Shown piece after piece: positions 34,701 through 38,701 of a stretch of DNA of 38,701 bases. Below the pieces are notes generated by a model. It was given only the letters and a program-made list of their open reading frames with translations, was not told the DNA's origin and did no database searches. A program made the translations under genes and the position numbers. Origin of the DNA: an uncultured Clostridia bacterium (GTDB taxonomy: Bacteria; Bacillota; Clostridia; Lachnospirales; CAG-274); contig CANRCU010000001.1 in the NCBI GenBank assembly GCA_947629215.1, positions 1-38,701 of the forward strand, written 5' to 3'. The stretch's first letter is position 1, and each line of letters starts with the position of its first letter.

Positions 34701-35104
34701 CCGTTTACGATATGTCGGGAGAGGAATTGCCCATAGCATTTAACAAAACAAGCGAGGGTAAGTATACAGGCACTTTTACTCTGCAAAATACGAAGCATAT
34801 CGTGATAAAGGATATACCCCCATACACACAATATACGATAAGAGAAAAGGACATACCCGAGGACTATTTGCTGCTGCGTGTTACAAACGGCACGGAAACG
34901 CCGGAGATCACGGAAAACGGCGTTTCGGGTAAGTTGGAAAACAGCAGGCTTTCACAGTCTTTGAGTTTTGTAAACGCTAAATTTTACAGCCCATTCCCCG
35001 GAACGGGCGGAAAAGGCAGACATATATCGTATGCCTTGGGTGTGCTGATGCTGATAATAAGCGGTGTTTTGAAAAAAAGAACTGCCAAAAACAACGGTAT
35101 CTGA
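28763..35104 (+). CDS. Giant (2113 aa) cell-wall-anchored adhesin/pilin-like protein: unassigned N-terminal region, SdrD-B/Cna-B (SpaA-type) domains, several Spy0128-like isopeptide-type domains, C-terminal sorting signal
   Basis: ATG 28763 behind ACGGAGGG, with a signal peptide. GRVFFDANSDGLFKD...MSGVTLNLYKK is SdrD-B-like. TIEILKYYD...ATFRVYV...GRVAFPGLDPTKTYTVREVYAPDGY is Cna-B with an E-box-like motif. Repeated KFTFNIKP / FAGTYTFSVSE...YTVEITV-type modules are present. The C-terminus is SPFPGTGG plus the hydrophobic stretch ISYALGVLMLIISGVL plus KKRTAKNNGI. Confidence 0.8.
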   Translation: MRKHNFLTRTSAFILCTSIILSALPNINFTSPVEPVETKAAESSTDEYANETLEHMWDGNNDGDPDDAFLKAARPNYACRNDSFGGVEYRTIFHVYAFEGDTICVGSSVYDSQLNINHTKVSSTVGDKGSVDVVMTDLNGVSHSIDIRNSDDDKTGYIPDWQTEYAAVKGLHKENGKFVGEYTDATSNTYTYTPYTYNVIETGVYTFEFHSYNKSGGNNNAKQRNGSFSDTKTSGLIAALNLTVFNESGEEQHGRTYADFLSLEMDPTNNIGVKDSYYILTKDSYIYKMQFNNAIPYTYNFFSNNKGLYDSATGEIIYTSVKDVNNKNTYARMGAAYKYPGTKDTDMLKSYYIFLEYPDDRLEGEIYEKPVQPDPATNLRFVSQIKDESGNKIPGAYEGEGGYFAFDVDEATTATLRLEFKNTEAEDSFAPVEISGAVTPHSTNYFYWNGKDGNGTVIPKNKYLMENLAFTVTTKAGEIHFPIIDMECAPGGITFTRMSHIYDKNGTRLDADDNIYGKTKNLIYYDDTAIYYGEMAASTGFSESNVDVAKDKFTTSDGMDGQYYNYNNIGNANGGENIVRNAKSEYVTKNKIRIGDHSHTTNVVNYFDTDGKLLKGEGQEDILDYLDSAKYPVGQSTGDYSTTDYAIANFWTFIPSKPATASVDIDSITITERPENYFNLTGRVFFDANSDGLFKDMSQDGDYAMSGVTLNLYKKTNDKDIIEGETYVNYNSDNTLTALNAESFPTAENKYMLVDTGLTTGDGIYKFTSLNYDPKNGTEYIYEVIKPSKNYTLKSGSITAKPLEHYEDKILNQYYGYYSNKSFNNSYKGTEVQKIVVGGSEGVDPTKLGYSNEIDKKIHENPDHTVCAVDVGYNYKTLDRSLVLKKEWKTKETNATHPAAVVYQLSYKLERDTGSYIYDYYTLSAITSWQKEDEYLPAELGGKNVDNYYVSAEYYIDNNAGKIYRHTYNDYNNATGKYESFVANKTYSVDLSTLFKDGTVPADCKVTDLPDLNDDGYSDAKDMGEITEWKEDTNPKYTAVLDRDMRSDNTTVTITNAEQPGTIEILKYYDTPKEGNYLQGATFRVYVGTMEEIKALNGDVEGLREKQVASGSTRSNGRVAFPGLDPTKTYTVREVYAPDGYRILEEYYEVKPKKEDLETDSENVFYFDEKGYAFHQIGNALADKEFKIRKQILGRAWQSDDKFTFNIKPMFDGNDLNKEGEFNINDAERLLYTDDAVLLDKLGAFVEEFSSCTKVVNSDNAFYSFTTQQKDRPDITYNSSDTKVSDTLITNEGNARFCDFEFPFAGTYTFSVSELDEADKNSTLETSKRIYTVEITVNRVLNTGATGELDLGNSHLTAEVSKITYTEGDDTTSKVFAGSSPLFTNTYTPAPAAQSTSYAIKKIFNGRPEGGYNSSDKFTVRIKGTDDVTQEAIANKNLSITGLGDPKASGEGAAMEWTHDFTKEQPDNLNFNYFIFNNITFPVQYVDKEGNPYEPTDDKPTPDDEELESGKYTAQTMPVTYWLEISEDKPDEVNGITYDENKYYLEIILRNTEKGTITNEAEEEEDGIIEEIDLYLYKNDKESAVANCITNQHVVNESEWKTGSETDVTWCYVDKNGKLRDGKDMDTPPAGAKLLIKRKESHEGPHEMTFTNTYAASYTWTPKITKILNGRNWLSADKFEFTMTYEDETGVIMPEDNKVLITKEDTSKQFKSVTFTAPGEYKFKFKEKDVTGITEKNSGTYEITVKLKDDGKGSLYGEVGEGDAIELSNTNIEFVNTYADKENKIGFAMTKNIEGRPFNDGEEFSFKIVPSEKAKEAIRSDVIEMPTELATDIEGNYTFSVTADASEVTNTIVKTLGDIVVKKGEEELQQYKFTISENTDGFDEKDMKCFENDIRLTLNVERELKDGLPTGELKVSAAYAYISDDGPIETEAINIPFRNICMGSLTVKKEVWNDAAKGKDFTFEAEFECPEGTASIPGITVYDMSGEELPIAFNKTSEGKYTGTFTLQNTKHIVIKDIPPYTQYTIREKDIPEDYLLLRVTNGTETPEITENGVSGKLENSRLSQSLSFVNAKFYSPFPGTGGKGRHISYALGVLMLIISGVLKKRTAKNNGI

Positions 35105-35118
35105 ATACCTTTGTCCAC

Positions 35119-35150
35119 AAGCGGCGCAGACATGATATGCGCCGCTTTTG
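35119..35150 (+). terminator. Terminator-like hairpin after the adhesin gene
   Basis: AAGCGGCGCA ... TGCGCCGCTT followed by a short TTTG. Confidence 0.5.
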
Positions 35151-35175
35151 CTCAAAAATATTTTTTTAAAAAATA

Positions 35176-35204
35176 TTGACATATACGATTTTATAGTATA
35201 TAAT
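35176..35204 (+). promoter_or_regulatory. Perfect-consensus sigma-A promoter (TTGACA-17-TATAAT) for the tRNA
   Basis: TTGACA at 35176..35181 and TATAAT at 35199..35204. The tRNA starts 18 nt downstream. Confidence 0.6.
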
Positions 35205-35221
35205 AATACTGTTGCTGATAT

Positions 35222-35294
35222 GCTGATATAGCTCAGTAGGTAGAGCGCAGCATTGGTAGTGCTGAGGTCACGGGTTCGACTCCCGTTATCAGCT
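35222..35294 (+). tRNA. tRNA-Thr (anticodon GGU)
   Basis: Hand-folded cloverleaf: acceptor GCTGATA/TATCAGC, D-arm GCTC-AGTAGGTA-GAGC, anticodon arm CAGCA-TTGGTAG-TGCTG, variable loop AGGTC, T-arm ACGGG-TTCGACT-CCCGT, discriminator T. No encoded CCA. Confidence 0.9.
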
Positions 35295-35305
35295 TAACAG
35301 TTAAG

Positions 35306-35328
35306 AGCCGCCGTTAGAGCGGCTTTTG
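35306..35328 (+). terminator. Short hairpin terminator after the tRNA
   Basis: AGCCGC-CGTTAGA-GCGGCT followed by TTTGTATTTT. Confidence 0.45.
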
Positions 35329-35351
35329 TATTTTGGAAAAGAGATGATTTT

Positions 35352-36098
35352 ATGAACGTAGCAGAAATAATATTCAGCCCCACGGGCGGTACGGAAAAGG
35401 TTTCGCATATTTTGAGTACACAATGGAGCGAAAAAACGACCAAGATAGACCTAAGCGATGCAAATATTGATCTTGCCGAGTGTAAAATAGAGCGTGCGGA
35501 CAAGGTCATTATCGCCATGCCGTCTTTTGGCGGCAGAGCGCCCGAAACGGCTGTCAGACGTTTAAAAAATATAAGGGGCAACGGCGCGGACTGCGTTATT
35601 GTTTGTGTATACGGGAACAGGGCGTATGAAGATACGCTTGCAGAAATGGAGGACGCCGCCAAAGAAAGCGGATTTCGGGTAACGGCTGCCATAGCGGCTG
35701 TAGCCCAACATTCGATAATACCTCAATATGCAGCAAACAGACCCGACAAGTCCGACGAAGAGCAGCTGAAAGGCTTTGCCCGTCAGCTTATGAACAAAAC
35801 GGACGAAGCAGGCTTTATACCGGGCAGCCATACTTATAAAAAGGCAGGCGGCGCAGGGCTTGTGCCAAGCCCCGAAAAGTCTTGTACAAAATGCGGGATA
35901 TGCGCCGAAAAATGCCCCGTAAAGGCAATAGACACCGCTCGTTTTCATGCCGATAAAAAGAAATGTATCTCTTGTATGCGCTGTGTGAAAATATGCCCCG
36001 AAAATGCAAGAAAGATAAACGGTATGATGGTTTCCGCCGCCGCTTTGGCAATAAAAAAAGCTTGTTCCGTCAGGAAAGAAAACGAACTGTTTGTTTAA
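35352..36098 (+). CDS. Flavodoxin-like domain fused to a 2x[4Fe-4S] ferredoxin domain
   Basis: N-terminal IIFSPTGGTEKV...VIIAMPSFGGRAP and C-terminal CTKCGICAEKCP plus CISCMRCVKICP cluster motifs. Confidence 0.6.
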   Translation: MNVAEIIFSPTGGTEKVSHILSTQWSEKTTKIDLSDANIDLAECKIERADKVIIAMPSFGGRAPETAVRRLKNIRGNGADCVIVCVYGNRAYEDTLAEMEDAAKESGFRVTAAIAAVAQHSIIPQYAANRPDKSDEEQLKGFARQLMNKTDEAGFIPGSHTYKKAGGAGLVPSPEKSCTKCGICAEKCPVKAIDTARFHADKKKCISCMRCVKICPENARKINGMMVSAAALAIKKACSVRKENELFV

Positions 36099-36130
36099 AA
36101 AAATAGAGGGTGTCGCAAAAACGACACCCC
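36096..36130 (-). terminator. Terminator of ftsZ (shared hairpin between convergent genes)
   Basis: The minus strand reads GGGGGTGTCG-TTTTTG-CGACACCCTC followed by TATTTTTTT. Confidence 0.6.
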
Positions 36131-36161
36131 CTACTTTACTTAACGGAAAATCAACAGTCTT

Positions 36162-37364
36162 TTATTTCTTTCTGCGTTTTAAGAAATCGGGTATATCTAT
36201 ACTGTCTTTATCCAGCTCGCTTGCTTTGGAATGCAGCTCGTCAAAATGCGAACGCTGAGTTTGCCTTTGTGACTGAACGGGGCGTGCGGGCTGTTCTTCT
36301 TCCTTTTCTTCCCGTGGTTCGGGTGCTTCGGCTATTTCTTCCTCGGCAGCCTCAACTTTTTTAATGAAACTCGGTCTTGGACGGGATACCGATGAGCCGA
36401 TGACTTTTTCCTTATCTATAAGACCCGTTGCAACAACGGTAACAACGACCTCGTCGCCCAACTCTTCGTTGATGGAAGTACCGAATATATTCTCAACATC
36501 GGGATCGAGAGCCGTGGTAATGATTTCTGCAGCCTCGGCAGCTTCAAGAATTGAAAGATTCGAGCTGCTGCTGAAATTGATAAGCACGCTTGTAGCGCCT
36601 GCGATGGAAGTTTCAAGCAGGGGCGAATTGATAGCGGCGCGCACGGCAGCCTCCGCCGTGTTTGCGCGGCCTACGCCGAAATGAGCAAGACCCTTGTTTC
36701 GCATAATGGTGCATACGTCGGCAAAGTCAACATTTATCATGCCGGGTTTGGTGATAAGGTCTGAGATACCCGTTACACCCTGATGCAGTATGCTGTCGGC
36801 TTTTTCAAAAGCCTGTATCATCGTAGTCGATTTATCGGCTATTTCAAGCAGTTTCTGGTTAGGTATGACAATAAGCGTGTCAACGTTTTCTTTAAGGCGC
36901 TCTATGCCCTCTTCGGCGTTTTTCATACGCTTTTTCATCTCAAAATTAAAGGGCTTTGTGACAACGGCTACCGTAAGTATGCCAAGGTCATGCGCTATCC
37001 TTGCAATAACGGGCGCTGCGCCCGTACCCGTGCCGCCGCCCATACCTGCGGTTATGAACACCATGTCGATGCCTTCAAGAGCCTCTTTTATGGCTTCACG
37101 GGATTCTTCTGCGGCTTTTTCGCCTATTTCGGGGCGTCCGCCTGCGCCAAGCCCCTTGGTGAGTTCTGCGCCTATGGCTATTTTTCTTGTTGCCTTTGAA
37201 CCCCTCAAGTCCATGCTGTCTGTATTTATGGCAAGAAAATCTATGCCCTCGGGGCTGTTTTCTATCATACGGTTTATGGCATTACCGCCGCCGCCGCCAA
37301 CGCCAATGACCACGATTTTGGCGATATTATCAAATTCATTGTTGTTTTCGTCAAGTAAGATCAC
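36162..37364 (-). CDS. ftsZ: Cell division protein FtsZ
   Basis: [46 protein letters not shown] and the C-terminal DIPDFLKRR peptide. GTG start 8 nt after AGGAGG. Confidence 0.97.
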   Translation of the reverse strand: MILLDENNNEFDNIAKIVVIGVGGGGGNAINRMIENSPEGIDFLAINTDSMDLRGSKATRKIAIGAELTKGLGAGGRPEIGEKAAEESREAIKEALEGIDMVFITAGMGGGTGTGAAPVIARIAHDLGILTVAVVTKPFNFEMKKRMKNAEEGIERLKENVDTLIVIPNQKLLEIADKSTTMIQAFEKADSILHQGVTGISDLITKPGMINVDFADVCTIMRNKGLAHFGVGRANTAEAAVRAAINSPLLETSIAGATSVLINFSSSSNLSILEAAEAAEIITTALDPDVENIFGTSINEELGDEVVVTVVATGLIDKEKVIGSSVSRPRPSFIKKVEAAEEEIAEAPEPREEKEEEQPARPVQSQRQTQRSHFDELHSKASELDKDSIDIPDFLKRRKK

Positions 37365-37544
37365 GTTATTTTCCTCCTAAGCAGTTTGGTTTCGCAAGTC
37401 CCGGACGGAACATATATAAATAACTTTATTTCTGTCATTATAAATATACTCTATATACATCTTACAATTTTTTTAAAGATTTTTCAATACTAAAATCAAA
37501 AATTTTAAAAAAAATTCAAAAATAATACCCAAAATGTTATATTT

Positions 37545-38249
37545 TCAGCTTGTATAGACAAAAGTCGGGTTTTCGAGCGTCAAATCGAGAGTGCCGGGGA
37601 TGGATGTATCCAAATTTTTGAGTATCTCTATAAGTGTCAGCAGTCTGTTTGTCGAACCGTCGTTCTCCCCGTAAATGACCTGTACATTGTCACAGTAGAA
37701 TTTAATGTTTTCGGGGTCGCTTATATCCACCTTGAGTACGTCGTTCATAAGCTCGTATTTTTCAAACATCTCGGACAGACTTATCATGGCTTCAAACGCC
37801 TCGGGATTGTCCGTTTCGATAGGCTCGCCAAGGGTGAAGGTCGCAAATTGCAGCCCCATAATTATCGGCGCAGGCTTTACCATATCGCTGCGCACGTCTA
37901 TAACAAGGCCGTTGTCGCTGAGATAGAGATAACTGCCCGTAAACTCAACATAGCCCCTGACCTTGTTTTCCTCAATATCCACAACAAGCGTATGAGGCAG
38001 TTTTTTTGTTATCTGTACTTTTTTTATATAATTGCTTTTTTCCATTTCTTTTATCGCTTTGCCGCCGTTAAAAGCAAAAATATTGTTGTTGTTATTGTTT
38101 ATAACGGCTTTCACCATTTCGTCGGTAAAAAGCTCGTTGCCGTTTATCTGTATATCCGTTATCCCGAATACGGGCAAGAAAAACAACAGCATTACGGTCA
38201 TAACGATGCATATACCGAAAAGCGCAGCGAGCGGACCCGATCTTTTCAT
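37545..38249 (-). CDS. ftsQ: Cell division protein FtsQ/DivIB (TM plus POTRA)
   Basis: Short N-terminus, a TM (LAALFGICIVMTVMLLFFLPVF), then POTRA-like ITDIQINGNELFTDEMV...VQITKKLPHTLVVDIEENKVRGYV. Located between murA and ftsZ. The start is placed at ATG 38249. Confidence 0.7.
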   Translation of the reverse strand: MKRSGPLAALFGICIVMTVMLLFFLPVFGITDIQINGNELFTDEMVKAVINNNNNNIFAFNGGKAIKEMEKSNYIKKVQITKKLPHTLVVDIEENKVRGYVEFTGSYLYLSDNGLVIDVRSDMVKPAPIIMGLQFATFTLGEPIETDNPEAFEAMISLSEMFEKYELMNDVLKVDISDPENIKFYCDNVQVIYGENDGSTNRLLTLIEILKNLDTSIPGTLDLTLENPTFVYTS

Positions 38250-38309
38250 TTGCACAACTCCGTTTCGATCAAAACTTCTATTGTATCATACAACCAAAAC
38301 GCACTTTTG

Positions 38310-38701
38310 TCAAGTCAAATAACGCAGATCCACACCTATAAGCGACATTTTTTTACATATATCCTCATATCCGCGCAAAATATAGCCGCCGTTTTTTATA
38401 ACGCAAGCGCCGTCACGCACGGTGAGGGCGGCAAGCAGCAACGCAGCCCCGCAGCGCAGGTCGGTGGCGCTGACTTCGGCTTTTTTGAAGCCTTTGCCGT
38501 GACCTCTTACAAGAAAGGTGCGTTCGTCCGCGGCAATTATGTCTGCGCCCATTTTTCTCAATTCGGCTATATGCCCTTGGCGTTTGTCGAATATATTCTC
38601 GCGTATGACACATTCGCCCGTTTTGGCGGCAAAAAGCGCCGTTATCTGCGGCTGCATATCCGTCGGGAAACCGGGATAGGGCGCGGTTTCAAGGTGTGGC
38701 G
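38310..38701 (-). CDS. murA: UDP-N-acetylglucosamine 1-carboxyvinyltransferase, C-terminal part (gene runs off the window)
   Basis: PYPGFPTDMQPQ...ENIFDKRQGHIAELRKMGADI...VSATDLRCGAALLLAAL...ILRGYEDICKKMSLIG is the conserved MurA C-terminus. The frame is open to the window edge. Confidence 0.85.
   Translation of the reverse strand, partial: PHLETAPYPGFPTDMQPQITALFAAKTGECVIRENIFDKRQGHIAELRKMGADIIAADERTFLVRGHGKGFKKAEVSATDLRCGAALLLAALTVRDGACVIKNGGYILRGYEDICKKMSLIGVDLRYLT

Noticed and set aside
29846-34831. Several long minus-strand ORFs inside the adhesin gene (29846..30619, 31796..32290, 32897..33541, 34175..34831).
   Set aside because: They are antisense to a continuous 6.3-kb CDS with recognisable domains. 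They are Cys/Phe/Ile-rich with nonsense-like composition and have no RBS.
35297-35305. An exact AgrA-consensus 9-mer, ACAGTTAAG, just after the tRNA.
   Set aside because: It is a single copy with no partner repeat 20-22 bp away, and it sits between the tRNA 3' end and its terminator. It is most likely chance.
36364-37380. Plus-strand ORFs antisense to ftsZ (36364..36684, 36783..37199, 36790..37380).
   Set aside because: ftsZ is unambiguous on the minus strand. The antisense frames are low-complexity shadows of a GC-richer gene.

Overview
The window looks like a chromosomal segment from a cellulosome-producing, Ruminococcus-like member of the Clostridia. This is inferred from gene content only. 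Evidence: cohesin and dockerin modules, Thr-rich linkers, BspA-type LRR proteins, sporulation-type genes (spoVT, ytaF-like, GerMN) and the end of the dcw cluster (murA-ftsQ-ftsZ). I can support about 30 protein genes, one tRNA-Thr(GGU), one decayed IS1182-type transposase, several sigma-A-like promoters and intrinsic terminators, and three in-frame tandem repeats. All family assignments come from reading the translations and recalling motifs. No searches were run. Content from left to right: (1) a DUF2798-like membrane protein and a secreted stalk-domain protein; (2) an ECF sigma/anti-sigma pair divergent from a single-cohesin/dockerin adaptor scaffoldin carrying a 15 x 33-bp repeat; (3) an Eda aldolase with an extra C-terminal domain, and an SCP2-like protein; (4) a long minus-strand gene string: Nif11-like small protein, DUF815 ATPase, DeoC, LytTR regulator, AgrC/ComD-type kinase, Thr-rich secreted protein, dockerin-bearing pectate lyase; (5) a Cthe_2159-type beta-helix lipoprotein; (6) an IS remnant; (7) putP and ytaF; (8) an OmpR-type regulator, its kinase and a GerMN protein; (9) two LRR proteins, one with a dockerin; (10) spoVT; (11) a 2113-aa sortase-type adhesin; (12) tRNA-Thr, a flavodoxin/ferredoxin protein, ftsZ, ftsQ and partial murA. 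The best candidate for something undescribed is at 16192..16259. LytTR-box-like direct repeats sit directly upstream of a minus-strand promoter. That promoter drives a Nif11-like protein with an internal Gly-Gly, followed in the same gene string by the LytTR regulator and its peptide-sensing-type kinase. This would be a possible ComCDE/Blp-style autoinduction circuit built on a Nif11-type leader, but no processing transporter is visible in the window. Secondary leads are a C9 tract just upstream of the giant adhesin, that adhesin's unassigned ~650-aa N-terminal region, a kinase whose first transmembrane helix lies upstream of any canonical start codon, and a short motif shared by three Thr-rich linkers.
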